NCBI RefSeq assembly: GCF_035627055.1
Contig: NZ_DASPMM010000009.1
Coordinates: 22,334 to 86,333, forward strand
Origin: Brevundimonas sp.
Lineage (GTDB): Bacteria > Pseudomonadota > Alphaproteobacteria > Caulobacterales > Caulobacteraceae
Direction of reading: 5' to 3'
DNA length: 64,000 nucleotides
A program made the position numbers and the translations under genes. Positions 1 to 10,209 of the stretch are shown here, one piece after another (position 1 is the stretch's first letter; every line of letters begins with the position of its first letter). Below the pieces are notes generated by a model, which did no database searches, was not told where the DNA came from, and saw only the letters and a list, made by a program, of their open reading frames with translations.

Positions 1-1
1 C

Positions 2-862
2 GCCGGCGTGCGTCAGCGCGTCGTCGTCACCCCGCCCGCGAAGGACGGCGGGGTCCGCCCGGCCATGATCTACGCCGCCGCAGAGGCCGGTCTCGACGCC
101 CTGTGGCTGATCGGCGGCGCCCAGGCCATCGCGGCCCTGACCTTCGGCGCGACCTTCGACGACGGTGCGATCGAGCCCGTCGACAAGCTGTTCGGCCCCG
201 GCAACGCCTGGGTGGCCGAGGCCAAGAAACAGGCCGCCGCCCTCCCTCGCGGCCCCGCCGTCGACATGCCCGCCGGCCCCTCCGAACTGCTGGTCATCGC
301 CGACCGCGACGCCGACCCGAAGATCGCCGCCGCCGACCTGCTCAGCCAGGCGGAACACGACGCCGACGCCCAAGTCGTTCTCGTCTCCGAAAGCCGCGCC
401 AACATCGCCGCCATCCTCGCCGAGGTGGAGCGCCAGCTGGGGACCCTGCCCCGCGCCGACATCGCCCGCGCCTCCCTCGCCGGAGGCTGCGCCATCCGCG
501 TCCGCGACATCGCCGAAGCCTGCGAGATCGCCAACCTCTACGCCCCCGAACACCTGGCCCTGCAGACGGTCGACGCCGAAGCGCTCGTTGACCGCATCAC
601 CGCCGCCGGCGCGGTCTTCGTCGGCCCCTACGCCGCCGAGACCCTGGGCGACTACGCCGCCGGCCCCAGCCACGTCCTCCCCACCGACGGCGCCGCCCGC
701 ACCTTCGGCGGCATCACCACGGCCAGCTTCATGACCTCGATGTCAGTGCAGAGCGTCACCGAGGCCGGCGCCCGCACCCTCGCCCCCGTCGCCGCCCACC
801 TCGCCCGCCTCGAAGGCCTCGAGGCCCACGCCCGCGCCGCCGACCTGAGGCGCGGCGGATGA
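2..862 (+). CDS. hisD: Histidinol dehydrogenase (5' end outside window)
   Basis: KLFGPGNAWVAEAK, DMPAGPSE, DLLSQAEHD, PEHL, LGDYAAGPSHVLPT, GLEAHA motifs; frame open to the window edge. Confidence 0.97.
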   Translation, partial: AGVRQRVVVTPPAKDGGVRPAMIYAAAEAGLDALWLIGGAQAIAALTFGATFDDGAIEPVDKLFGPGNAWVAEAKKQAAALPRGPAVDMPAGPSELLVIADRDADPKIAAADLLSQAEHDADAQVVLVSESRANIAAILAEVERQLGTLPRADIARASLAGGCAIRVRDIAEACEIANLYAPEHLALQTVDAEALVDRITAAGAVFVGPYAAETLGDYAAGPSHVLPTDGAARTFGGITTASFMTSMSVQSVTEAGARTLAPVAAHLARLEGLEAHARAADLRRGG

Positions 863-2298
863 TCACCAACCTCCCCGCCCCCTTCGCCCCGCTGGTCGCC
901 GGCGGCGACGGCCTCGACCGCTACCCGACCGAGCCCCGCGCCCTCGCCGCCCGCATGGCCGAGGTCTACGGCGTGCCGGCTGAAAACGTCCTGCCAGTCC
1001 GCGGGCTGACTCACGGGCTGGAGCTCGTCTTCCGCCTTGCCGCCCGCGATGGCCTCGGCGTCCAGGCGCCCGACGCCGAACCTTATCGTTCCCTCGCCGC
1101 GCTCTACGCGAGGACCGACGCCCGCACTGAGCCGGGCGCTGTCATCGTGCGCGCCCTCGGCTCGCCCGAGGCCTTTGCGGAGATGGCCGCCCGCCTCGCC
1201 CCGACCCTGCTGGTCATCGACGAGGGCTTGGCCGAGTTCGCCGACGCCCCTTCCGCCGCTGCGCTCCTCGGCGAGCACCCGAACCTCGTCGTCCTGCGCA
1301 GCCTGTCGCTCGCCTATGGCCTCGCCGGCGCCCGCGTCGGCGCGGCTCTGGGGCAGCCCGAAACCCTCGCCCGGCTGGCCGCCGTCCTCGAGCCCTACGC
1401 CCTGCCCGAGGTCTCCGTCCGTCTGGCCCTGCAGGCGCTCGACCCCTCGCGGATGATGGAAACGCGCCAGCGGCTCGCCCTCGTCCGCTTCGAACGGGAG
1501 CGGCTGACGAAGGCGCTCTCCCGCGCCATCCCGATCGAACCCGGCTTCGGCCCGGTCATCATGGCCCGGCCCTCGGACCCCGAGGCCGTGCGGACCGATC
1601 TCGCGCGCTTCGGCGTGGCGGCCGACCTGTCGGGCGACCGCCTGCGCCTACCCGTCTCCGCCCGCGCCGAGGTCAACGACCGCCTGCTCGCCGCCCTCAA
1701 TCTCGCCCCGGCCGCGTCCCGCCCCCACCGCACCGGCCAGTCGATCCGCGACACGAAGGAGACCCGCCTCGTCTGCGCCGTTGATCTCGACGCCCCCGGC
1801 CCGGTCGCCATCGCTACCGGCGTCGGCTTCTTCGATCACATGCTGGAGCAGGTCGCGGCCCACGGCGGCTTCTCCCTCCGCCTGTCGTGCGAGGGCGACC
1901 TGCACACCGACCCGCACCACTCCATCGAGGACTCGGCCATCGCCCTCGGCCAGGCCCTGAAACAGGCGCTCGGCGAACGTCGCGGCATCGCCCGCTACGG
2001 CTTCGTCCTGCCCATGGACGAGGCCGAGGCGGCCGTCTCCATCGACCTGTCCGGCCGCCCCTTCCCCGTGTTCCAGGGGACCTTCGCCACTCCCTTCATC
2101 GGCGATTACCGCACCGACCTGACCGCCCACGTGTTCCGCTCGCTCGCCGAACACCTCGGCGCCGCCATCCACGTCTCGGTCACCGGCGACGACGACCACC
2201 ACAAGACCGAGGCCGTCTACAAGGCCTTCGGCCGCGCCCTGCGCCAGGCCATCCGCATCGAGGGCGACGCCGTGCCGAGCACAAAGGGGGTGCTGTGA
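859..2298 (+). CDS. hisB: Fusion: degenerate HisC-like aminotransferase domain (N-terminal) + imidazoleglycerol-phosphate dehydratase HisB (C-terminal)
   Basis: C-terminal RDTKET, TGVGFFDHML, GDLHTDPHHSIED, MDEA, DDDHHKTEAVYKAFGRALRQA = IGPD; N-terminal RYP, VIDE, LRSLSLAYGLAGARVG = HisC fold with K replaced by L. Confidence 0.9.
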   Translation: MITNLPAPFAPLVAGGDGLDRYPTEPRALAARMAEVYGVPAENVLPVRGLTHGLELVFRLAARDGLGVQAPDAEPYRSLAALYARTDARTEPGAVIVRALGSPEAFAEMAARLAPTLLVIDEGLAEFADAPSAAALLGEHPNLVVLRSLSLAYGLAGARVGAALGQPETLARLAAVLEPYALPEVSVRLALQALDPSRMMETRQRLALVRFERERLTKALSRAIPIEPGFGPVIMARPSDPEAVRTDLARFGVAADLSGDRLRLPVSARAEVNDRLLAALNLAPAASRPHRTGQSIRDTKETRLVCAVDLDAPGPVAIATGVGFFDHMLEQVAAHGGFSLRLSCEGDLHTDPHHSIEDSAIALGQALKQALGERRGIARYGFVLPMDEAEAAVSIDLSGRPFPVFQGTFATPFIGDYRTDLTAHVFRSLAEHLGAAIHVSVTGDDDHHKTEAVYKAFGRALRQAIRIEGDAVPSTKGVL

Positions 2299-2897
2299 GC
2301 GCGGTTACCGTCGTCTCCTGTGGCGCCGGCAACGTCGCGTCGGTGCAGTTCGCGCTCGAGCGGCTGGGCGCCACCGTCCGCCTGACCGCGGATCCGGCCG
2401 AGGTGGCCGCCGCCGACCGCCTGATCCTCCCGGGCGTCGGCGCCGCCGGCTACGCCATGGCGCGCCTGTCCGAACTCGGCCTCGTCGAGCCGATCCGCGC
2501 CTTTGCCCGCCCCCTGCTCGGCGTCTGTCTCGGCCAGCAACTGCTGTTCGAAGCCAGCGAGGAAGGCGGCGGCGTGGACATGCTCGGCCTCATTCCCGGC
2601 GCTGTGCGTCGCCTGGAGCCGGACGCGGATCGCCCGGTCCCGCACATGGGCTGGTCGAAGCTGGCCATCACCCGCCCGGACCCGCTGCTCGAAGGCCTCA
2701 ACGACGGCGCCTATGCCTTTTTCGTGCACAGCTACGTCTGCCCCGACGGCGAGGCGACCCTGGCCAGCGCCGACTATGGCGTCCCGATCCCGGCCGTCGT
2801 CCGCAGCGCCAATCGCTGGGGCTGCCAGTTTCACCCGGAGCGGTCCGCCGCCGCCGGAGCCCGCATCCTCGGCAACTTCCTGGACCTCAGCGCATGA
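2295..2897 (+). CDS. hisH: Imidazole glycerol phosphate synthase glutamine amidotransferase subunit
   Basis: GTG start overlapping upstream TGA; GAGNVASV, ILPGVG, GVCLGQQ, VPHMGW, FVHSY, QFHPERS. Confidence 0.96.
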   Translation: MSAVTVVSCGAGNVASVQFALERLGATVRLTADPAEVAAADRLILPGVGAAGYAMARLSELGLVEPIRAFARPLLGVCLGQQLLFEASEEGGGVDMLGLIPGAVRRLEPDADRPVPHMGWSKLAITRPDPLLEGLNDGAYAFFVHSYVCPDGEATLASADYGVPIPAVVRSANRWGCQFHPERSAAAGARILGNFLDLSA

Positions 2898-3628
2898 TCG
2901 TCTACCCCGCCATCGACCTGCGCGGCGGCGTCTGCGTGCGCCTGATGCACGGCCGCTTCGACGCCGTGACCCGCTATGACGACGACCCCGCCGCCCGCCT
3001 CGCCGCCTTCCGCGCCGCCGGGGCCGACTGGGCCCACATCGTCGATCTCGACGGGGCCGAGGCGGGCCGCGCCATGCAGCACGCCCTGATCGGCGAGCTC
3101 ACCGCGGCCATCGACATCCGCATTCAGTCCGGCGGCGGCGTCCGCTCCGCCGACGACGTGCAGCGCCTCCTCGACGCCGGCGTCAGCCGGGTGGTCATCG
3201 GCTCCCTCGCCGTCTCCGATCCCGGGGCGGTCTCCGGCTGGCTGGACCGGTTCGGCCCCGACCGCATCACCCTCGCCATCGACGTCAAGGCCGACGGCGA
3301 CCGCTACATCCCGGCGCTCAAGGGCTGGACCGAGGCCGCCGACATCGACCTTTGGGCCGCCCTCGACCGCTATCCGCCCGGCGTGGCGAAACACTTGCTG
3401 GTCACCGACGTCGGCCGCGACGGGGCTCTGACCGGCCCCAACCTCGATCTGCTGGCCGAGATCCACCGGCGTCGTCCAGACCTGTGGCTGCAGGCCTCCG
3501 GCGGCGTCGCCGGCGTCTCCGACCTGACCGGCGCCCGCTCCGTCGGCGCTTCCGGCGCCATCGTCGGCCGCGCCCTCTACGAAGGCCGCTTCAAACTGCA
3601 ACAGGCCCTGGAAGCCGCCCGCGCATGA
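2894..3628 (+). CDS. hisA: ProFAR isomerase
   Basis: IVYPAIDLRGG, HIVDLDGA, QSGGGVRS, TDVGRDGALTGPN, ASGGV. Confidence 0.97.
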   Translation: MIVYPAIDLRGGVCVRLMHGRFDAVTRYDDDPAARLAAFRAAGADWAHIVDLDGAEAGRAMQHALIGELTAAIDIRIQSGGGVRSADDVQRLLDAGVSRVVIGSLAVSDPGAVSGWLDRFGPDRITLAIDVKADGDRYIPALKGWTEAADIDLWAALDRYPPGVAKHLLVTDVGRDGALTGPNLDLLAEIHRRRPDLWLQASGGVAGVSDLTGARSVGASGAIVGRALYEGRFKLQQALEAARA

Positions 3629-4392
3629 CCGCCCGCCGCATCATGCCCTGCCTCGACGTCAAGGACGGCCGCGTCGTCAAGGGCGTGCGGTTCGAGGGCC
3701 ACGTCGACATGGGCGACGCCGCCGACCTCGCCGCCCGCTACCGCGACCAGGGCGCTGACGAACTGGTCTTCTACGACATCACCGCCAGCCCGGAGGGCCG
3801 CACCCTCGACTACGGCTGGGTCCGGGATATCGCCCGCCTGCTCGACATCCCGTTCAGCGTCGCCGGCGGCATCCGCTCGGTCGAACAGGCCGGCCGCTGC
3901 CTCGACCACGGCGCCGACAAGGTCTCGATCAACTCCCCCGCGCTGGAGCGCCCGGAGCTGATCTCCGACCTCGCCGCCCGCTTCGGCGCCCAGTGCGTCG
4001 TCGTCGGCGTCGACTCGAAGCGCGCGGCCGACGACTGGTTCGTCCACCAGTACACCGGCGACCCCACGGCCAGCCGCGGCGCCGGCCGTCGCACCCTCGA
4101 CTGGATCGTCGAGGCGCAGGACCGCGGGGCGGGCGAAATCGTCCTCAACTGCATGGACGAAGACGGCGTCCGCGCCGGCTACGATATCGCCCAGCTCTCC
4201 GCCGCCCGCGCCCGCCTGACCGTTCCGCTGGTCGCCTCCGGTGGGGCCGGCGCGGCCTCGCACTTCGTCGACGTCTTCCAGCAGGCCGGCGTCTCCGGCG
4301 CCCTCGCCGCCAGCGTCTTCCACACCGGTTCGCTGACCATCCCGGACCTGAAGGCGTTCCTCATCAACGGCGGCGTGGAGATACGGCCATGA
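3625..4392 (+). CDS. hisF: Imidazole glycerol phosphate synthase cyclase subunit
   Basis: ATGA overlap with hisA; RIMPCLDVKDGRVVKGV, DELVFYDITAS, NCMDEDG, ASGGAG, ALAASVFH. Confidence 0.97.
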   Translation: MTARRIMPCLDVKDGRVVKGVRFEGHVDMGDAADLAARYRDQGADELVFYDITASPEGRTLDYGWVRDIARLLDIPFSVAGGIRSVEQAGRCLDHGADKVSINSPALERPELISDLAARFGAQCVVVGVDSKRAADDWFVHQYTGDPTASRGAGRRTLDWIVEAQDRGAGEIVLNCMDEDGVRAGYDIAQLSAARARLTVPLVASGGAGAASHFVDVFQQAGVSGALAASVFHTGSLTIPDLKAFLINGGVEIRP

Positions 4393-5027
4393 TCGATCCC
4401 TCCACCCTCGACTTCGCCAAGGGCGACGGCCTGATCCCCGTCGTCGTCCAGGACGCCGCCACCCTCCAAGTGCTGACCCTGGCCTACATGGACCGCGCCG
4501 CCCTCGACGAGACGATCGCCTCCGGCGAGGCGACCTTCTTCTCCCGCTCGCGCGGCGGCCGCTGGCGCAAGGGCGAGACCTCGGGCGACCGGCTGCATGT
4601 CGTCTCCCTCACCCCCGACTGCGACGCCGACGCCCTCGTGCTCAAGGTCCGCCCCGTCGGGAACGCCTGCCACTTGAACCGGATCAGCTGCTTCGGCGAC
4701 GAGGACGCCCCCGGCCTCGGCCGCCTCGCCCGGCTGGAGCAGACCATCGCCGCCCGCGCCGCGGCCGACCCGACCGAAAGCTGGACCGCCCGCCTGCTCG
4801 CCGAGGGCCCCAAACGCGCCGCCCAGAAGGTTGGCGAGGAGGGCGTCGAGACCGCGCTCGCCGGCGCGGCCGGACCGGATTCGGAACTCGCCTCCGAGGC
4901 CGCGGATTTGATCTACCATCTGCTGGTGCTGCTGCGCGCCCGTCACATGGTGTTTCAGGACGTCCTCGATGTCTTGGCGCAACGCGTGGAAGCGGCCAGA
5001 CCAAATCCCGGTCAAGCTGGGACCTGA
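4389..5027 (+). CDS. hisIE: Bifunctional phosphoribosyl-AMP cyclohydrolase / phosphoribosyl-ATP pyrophosphatase
   Basis: FSRSR..WRKGETSG, DCDADAL, ACH..SCF, then SWTARL..KVGEEGVE, EAADLIYHLLV. Confidence 0.96.
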   Translation: MIDPSTLDFAKGDGLIPVVVQDAATLQVLTLAYMDRAALDETIASGEATFFSRSRGGRWRKGETSGDRLHVVSLTPDCDADALVLKVRPVGNACHLNRISCFGDEDAPGLGRLARLEQTIAARAAADPTESWTARLLAEGPKRAAQKVGEEGVETALAGAAGPDSELASEAADLIYHLLVLLRARHMVFQDVLDVLAQRVEAARPNPGQAGT

Positions 5028-5042
5028 ACCTGAGGAGACGGC

Positions 5043-6503
5043 ATGGCGGCCCTGGTGCTGTTCGGCGGCGGCGGCGATCTGGCGATGCGCATGCTGCTGC
5101 CCTCGCTCTACTTCCTCGAGCACGACGGCCTGCTGCCCGACGGCCTCAAGATCATCGGCGCCGCCCGCTCCGACGAGAGCCGCGACGACTACGTCGCCAA
5201 GGTCCGCCAGTCCGTCGAAGCCAAGGCGAAGGCCGACGACGCTTGGGCCGGCGACGCCTGGGCCCGGATGGAGGCCCGGCTCGACTACCTCGCCGTCGAT
5301 GCGACCAGCGCCGAAAGCCTCAAGCCGCTCAAGGACAAGGTCGGCGACGGCGCCTGCACCTCCTTCCTCGCCGTCTCGCCCTCGCTCTACGCCCGCATCG
5401 TCACCGCGATGCGCGCCGCCGGCCTGGCCGAGGCCGAGGACCGCGTCGTTCTGGAAAAGCCGGTCGGCCGCGACCTCGAGACCTTCCGCCAGATCGACGA
5501 CGCCGTCGCCGACGCCTTCTCCGAGCACCAGGTCTTCCGCATCGACCACTACCTCGGCAAGGAGACGGTCCAGAACCTGATCGCCCTGCGTTTCGGCAAC
5601 ACCATCTTCGAGCCGCTGTGGAACAACCTGTCGATCGACCACGTCCAGATCACCGTCGGCGAGACCGTCGGGGTCGGCGACCGCTGGCCGTATTACGACG
5701 AGTACGGCGCCCTGCGGGACATGCTGCAGAACCACATGCTGCAGCTGCTCTGCCTCGTGGCCATGGAGCCGCCGTCCGACCTCGATCCCGACTCCGTCCG
5801 CAACGAGAAGGTCAAGGTCCTGCGCTCGCTGCGACCCATCACCCATGAAGAGGCCGAGCGCGTCACGGTGCGCGGCCAGTACGTCGCCGGAACCGTGGAG
5901 GGCCAACCCGTCCCCGGCTACGACGAGGAGCGCGGCGCCGAGTCCGACACCGAGACCTTCGTCGCCGTCCGCGCCGACATCGACAACTGGCGCTGGGCCG
6001 GCGTGCCCTTCTTCATGCGCACCGGCAAACGCCTGCCCGAGAAACGCACCGAGATCGTCATCCAGTTCAAGTCGGTGCCGCACTCGATCTTCGGCCAGGG
6101 TGAGCGCGGTTCCATCGAGGCCAATCGCCTGGTGATCGAACTCCAGCCCGAGGAGGACATTTCCCTCTCGGTGATGAACAAGCAGCCCGGCCTCGACCAG
6201 CGCATGCAGCTCCAGCCCATCCGCATGAGCCTGTCCTGGGGCCAGAACGACCGGGAGGCCCGGCCGCCGCGCCGCCGCATCGCCTACGAGCGGCTGCTGC
6301 TCGACGCTCTGCACGGCGACTCCACCCTGTTCGTGCGCCGCGACGAGGCCGAGCAGGCGTGGAAATGGGTCGACGAGGTCTCCGAGGCCTGGGAGGGCGC
6401 GGCCTTCAAACCGCACGACTACGCCGCCGGAACCTGGGGCCCCGAGGCCGCCGACCTGCTGCTGTCCCGCACCGGCCGCGAATGGAATTCCGGCGATGCC
6501 TGA
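5043..6503 (+). CDS. zwf: Glucose-6-phosphate 1-dehydrogenase
   Basis: LFGGGGDLA, LEKPVGRD, FRIDHYLGKETVQN, RDMLQNH, RWAGVPFFMRTGK, AYERLL. Confidence 0.98.
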   Translation: MAALVLFGGGGDLAMRMLLPSLYFLEHDGLLPDGLKIIGAARSDESRDDYVAKVRQSVEAKAKADDAWAGDAWARMEARLDYLAVDATSAESLKPLKDKVGDGACTSFLAVSPSLYARIVTAMRAAGLAEAEDRVVLEKPVGRDLETFRQIDDAVADAFSEHQVFRIDHYLGKETVQNLIALRFGNTIFEPLWNNLSIDHVQITVGETVGVGDRWPYYDEYGALRDMLQNHMLQLLCLVAMEPPSDLDPDSVRNEKVKVLRSLRPITHEEAERVTVRGQYVAGTVEGQPVPGYDEERGAESDTETFVAVRADIDNWRWAGVPFFMRTGKRLPEKRTEIVIQFKSVPHSIFGQGERGSIEANRLVIELQPEEDISLSVMNKQPGLDQRMQLQPIRMSLSWGQNDREARPPRRRIAYERLLLDALHGDSTLFVRRDEAEQAWKWVDEVSEAWEGAAFKPHDYAAGTWGPEAADLLLSRTGREWNSGDA

Positions 6504-7203
6504 GATCGAGACCTTTCCGAACGCCGAGGCCTGGGCCGCCGCCTGCGCGCTCCGCCTGGCCGACACCCTGTCCGCCGCCCTCGCCGAGACCGGCCAGGCC
6601 GTGTTCGCCGGCGCCGGCGGCTCCACCCCGTCGCCGATCTACGCCCGTCTCTCAGAGGCGCCGCTCGACTGGTCGAAGGTCGTCGTCACCCTGGTGGACG
6701 AGCGTTACGTCCCGGAATCCTCATCCGACTCCAACGCCGCCCTGATCAAGCGCACCCTGCTGACCGGCCCCGCGGCGGCCGCCCGCTTCATCCCCCTGTA
6801 CAGCCCGCAGGTGACCATCGACCGCGCCGCCGCCGTCGCCGCCCACGCCCTTGCGGCCGAGGGCGGGCGCATCGACGCAGCCCTTCTCGGCATGGGCGAG
6901 GATGGCCATATCTGCTCCATGTTCCCCGGAAATCCCGCCCTCAAGTCGCTGCTCAGCCCGGCGCTGCGCCCCACCGTGTTCGGCGTCGCCGCCGGCCGCG
7001 ACGGCATGCCGCCCTCGCTCGAGCGGCTGTCCATCAACATCCCCTACCTGACCGGCGCCCGCCGCGTCGTCCTCGCCCTGACCGGGGCGAAGAAGCGCGA
7101 GGTCTTCGAGCAGGAGGCCGCCGGCGATCCGAACACCCATCCGATCGCCGCCCTGATCGCCCACGGCGCCCCGCTCGAAGTGCTCTGGACGGAGGCCGCC
7201 TGA
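6496..7203 (+). CDS. pgl: 6-phosphogluconolactonase
   Basis: GGSTP, VDERYVP..SDSN, LGMGEDGHICSMFP; lies between zwf and edd. Confidence 0.95.
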   Translation: MPEIETFPNAEAWAAACALRLADTLSAALAETGQAVFAGAGGSTPSPIYARLSEAPLDWSKVVVTLVDERYVPESSSDSNAALIKRTLLTGPAAAARFIPLYSPQVTIDRAAAVAAHALAAEGGRIDAALLGMGEDGHICSMFPGNPALKSLLSPALRPTVFGVAAGRDGMPPSLERLSINIPYLTGARRVVLALTGAKKREVFEQEAAGDPNTHPIAALIAHGAPLEVLWTEAA

Positions 7204-9092
7204 TGCCGACCCTGAACCCCGTCGTCGCAGAGGTCACCGCCCGCATCGTCGAGCGCTCCCGCGCCACCCGTTCCGACTACCTGCGCCGCATGGACGCCGC
7301 CGCCGCCTCGGGCGTGGCCCGCGCCAAGCTCAGCTGCGCCAACTGGGCCCACGCCTTCGCCGGCCAGCCGGTGCGCGACAAGCTGGTCGCCATGGGCGGC
7401 CAGCAGCCCAACGTCGGCATCGTCACCGCCTACAACGACATGCTCTCGGCCCATACGCCGTTCGAGCGCTTCCCCCCGATCATCCGCGAGGCGGTGCGCG
7501 AGGCGGGCGCGACGGCGCAGGTCGCCGGCGGCACCCCCGCCATGTGCGACGGCGTCACCCAGGGCCGGCCCGGCATGGAGCTGTCGCTGTTCAGCCGCGA
7601 CGTCATCGCCTTGTCCACCGGCGTGGCCCTGACCCACGACGCCTTCGACTCCGTCATCTGTCTCGGCGTCTGCGACAAGATCGTGCCCGGCCTGTTCATG
7701 GGCTCGCTGGCCTTCGGCCACCTGCCCGTCGTCTTCGCCCCCGCCGGCCCCATGCCCAGCGGCATTCCCAACGCCGAGAAGGCCCGCATCCGCGGCCTCT
7801 ACGCCCAGAACAAGGTCGACCGGAAGACGCTGCTCGAAAGCGAGATCGGCTCCTACCACTCGCCCGGCACCTGCACCTTCTACGGCACCGCCAACTCCAA
7901 CCAGATGATGATGGAGTTGGCCGGGCTGCACATGCCCTCGACCGCCTTCGTGCACCCGGAGACCGGCCTGCGCGACGCCCTCACCGCCGCCGCCGCGAAA
8001 CAGGCCGTCACCCTCGCCCGCGAGGGCCGGGGCCGCATGGCCGACGTCGTCGACGAGAAGTCCGTGGTCAACATGATCGTCGCCCTGCTGGCCACCGGCG
8101 GATCGACCAACCACGCCATCCACCTCGTGGCCATGGCCCGAGCGGCCGGCGTGCTGATCGACTGGACCGACATGGACCAGCTGTCGTCGGTCACCCCCCT
8201 GCTCGCCCGGGTCTATCCCAACGGCTCGGCCGATGTGAACGCCTTCCAGGCCGCCGGCGGCGTCGCCTTCGTGGCCCGCGAGCTGGCCGGGCACGGCCAC
8301 ATCCACACCGACGTCCAGACCATCATGGGCCCCGGCATCCACCATTATTTCCAGGAGCCGTCGCTGGTCGACGGCGAGCTGGTCTGGCGCGACGGCGTCA
8401 GCGAAAGTCTCGACACCGACATCCTGCGTCCCGCCTCCGATCCGTTCGACCGCGAGGGCGGGCTGCGCCTGGTCCAGGGCGATCTCGGCCGCGCCGTCAT
8501 CAAGGTGTCGGCGGTCAAGCCGGAGAACCGCATCGTCGAGGCGCCCGCCGCCGTCTTCGAGACCCAGGAGGACGCCCTGCAGGCCTTCAAGGACGGCAGG
8601 CTCGACCGCGACGTCGTCGTGGTCCTCCGCTTCCAGGGCCCGAAGGCCAACGGCATGCCCGAACTGCACAGCCTCTCCCCGGCCCTCGGGGTCCTGCTCG
8701 ACAAGGGCTTCAAGGTGGCCTTCGTCACCGACGGCCGCATGTCCGGCGCCTCGGGCAAGACGCCCGCCGCCATCCACGTCTCGCCCGAGGCCTTGGCCGG
8801 CGGCATGCTGGCCCGCGTCCGCGACGGCGACATCATCCGGCTCGATCCGGACGCCGGCGTCCTGACCACGGTCGGCGTCGACCTGTCGAGCCGCGTCCCC
8901 GCCACCCGCTCGGCCGAACACGCCGGCGGCTCGGCCTGGGGCTACGGCCGCGAGCTGTTCAGCGCCTTCCGCCACGTCGTCTCGACGGCCGAGGAGGGCG
9001 CCTCGGTCTGTTTCGCCCTGCCCGTCGGCGGCTCGACATGGAATGACAGCCAGCCCGATCCGAACCTCAACGACCGCGCGGTCGACGCATGA
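7203..9092 (+). CDS. edd: Phosphogluconate dehydratase
   Basis: [58 protein letters not shown]. Confidence 0.98.
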   Translation: MPTLNPVVAEVTARIVERSRATRSDYLRRMDAAAASGVARAKLSCANWAHAFAGQPVRDKLVAMGGQQPNVGIVTAYNDMLSAHTPFERFPPIIREAVREAGATAQVAGGTPAMCDGVTQGRPGMELSLFSRDVIALSTGVALTHDAFDSVICLGVCDKIVPGLFMGSLAFGHLPVVFAPAGPMPSGIPNAEKARIRGLYAQNKVDRKTLLESEIGSYHSPGTCTFYGTANSNQMMMELAGLHMPSTAFVHPETGLRDALTAAAAKQAVTLAREGRGRMADVVDEKSVVNMIVALLATGGSTNHAIHLVAMARAAGVLIDWTDMDQLSSVTPLLARVYPNGSADVNAFQAAGGVAFVARELAGHGHIHTDVQTIMGPGIHHYFQEPSLVDGELVWRDGVSESLDTDILRPASDPFDREGGLRLVQGDLGRAVIKVSAVKPENRIVEAPAAVFETQEDALQAFKDGRLDRDVVVVLRFQGPKANGMPELHSLSPALGVLLDKGFKVAFVTDGRMSGASGKTPAAIHVSPEALAGGMLARVRDGDIIRLDPDAGVLTTVGVDLSSRVPATRSAEHAGGSAWGYGRELFSAFRHVVSTAEEGASVCFALPVGGSTWNDSQPDPNLNDRAVDA

Positions 9093-9144
9093 CGGCCCCT
9101 CAAGCAGAGAGCCGCCGCGCGGCGAACGACAGGGCAGACATCCG

Positions 9145-10122
9145 ATGACCATCGCCTGGGACAAGACGCTGCTCGTGGGCGACGTCGGCGGCACCAACGC
9201 CCGCTTCGCCATCGCCCACATGATCGACGGCAAGCCGGTGCTCGAACACCACCAGAGCTTCAAGGGCGCGGACCACCCGACCTTTCTCGGCGGGGTGAAG
9301 GCCTACCTCGACGGCTGCGAGGTCAAGCCGACCTCGGGCGTCATCGCCGTCGCCGGCCCGGTCACCGACGGCGCCATCGACCTGACCAACTCACCCTGGC
9401 GGGTCTCGGAGCAGGAACTGGGCGCGCTGGGCCTCGACCCGGTGCGCCTGATCAACGATTTCGAGGCCCTCGCCTGGGGTGCGCCGGTCGTGCCGCGGGA
9501 CGAACTCGCCTCGCTCGGCGGGCCCGAAGAGGGCGACCCGGCCTCCGCCATCGCCGTTCTCGGCCCCGGCACCGGCTTCGGCGTCTCGGCCCTGATCCGC
9601 GATTTCCACGGCCGCGAGATGGCCATGCCGTCCGAGGGCGGCCACGCCTGTTTCGCGCCCGGCGATCCGATCGAGGACGAGATCCTGCGGATCCTGCGCC
9701 GCCGCTACGACCGCGTCTCAATCGAGCGACTGATCTGCGGCCCCGGCCTGCTCAACATGCACCGCGCCCTGGCCGAGATCGACGGCCGCGAAACCCACAT
9801 CGACGATCCGGCCCAGATCACGGACGAGGCCCTGGCCGATCCGCGCAGCGCCTGTGGGGCCACCCTGGCGCGCTTCTGCGCCATTCTCGGCGCCGTCGCC
9901 GGCGACATCGCCCTGACCACCGGCGCGCGCGGCGGCGTCTATATCGCCGGCGGCATCGCGCCGCGCATCCTGCCCTTCCTGCAGGCCAGCCCCTTCCGCG
10001 AGCGCTTCGAGCGCAAGGGCCGGTTCACCGACTACATGGCCGCCATCCCGACCCACGTCATCCTGCACAAGCACGCGGCCCTGCTCGGCGCGGCGCGGGT
10101 GGCCTTCGCCGAAGCCGGCTAA
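9145..10122 (+). CDS. glk: Glucokinase
   Basis: LVGDVGGTNARF, LINDFEA, GPGTGFG, SEGGH, ERLICGPGL, GGVYIAGGI. Confidence 0.97.
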   Translation: MTIAWDKTLLVGDVGGTNARFAIAHMIDGKPVLEHHQSFKGADHPTFLGGVKAYLDGCEVKPTSGVIAVAGPVTDGAIDLTNSPWRVSEQELGALGLDPVRLINDFEALAWGAPVVPRDELASLGGPEEGDPASAIAVLGPGTGFGVSALIRDFHGREMAMPSEGGHACFAPGDPIEDEILRILRRRYDRVSIERLICGPGLLNMHRALAEIDGRETHIDDPAQITDEALADPRSACGATLARFCAILGAVAGDIALTTGARGGVYIAGGIAPRILPFLQASPFRERFERKGRFTDYMAAIPTHVILHKHAALLGAARVAFAEAG

Positions 10123-10154
10123 GTCGGGAGTCTCACGGATCGGTCACGGGCGCG

Positions 10155-10179
10155 TGAACCAAATTCGAAGCGGCGCATT
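10155..10179 (+). promoter_or_regulatory. Possible sigma-EcfG/sigmaT-like promoter
   Basis: TGAAC-N16-CATT about 30 bp upstream of the lipoprotein ATG; near match to GGAAC-N16/17-CGTT. Confidence 0.4.
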
Positions 10180-10209
10180 ATCGTGGCTCCACTGTGGAAG
10201 GAACCTCCC

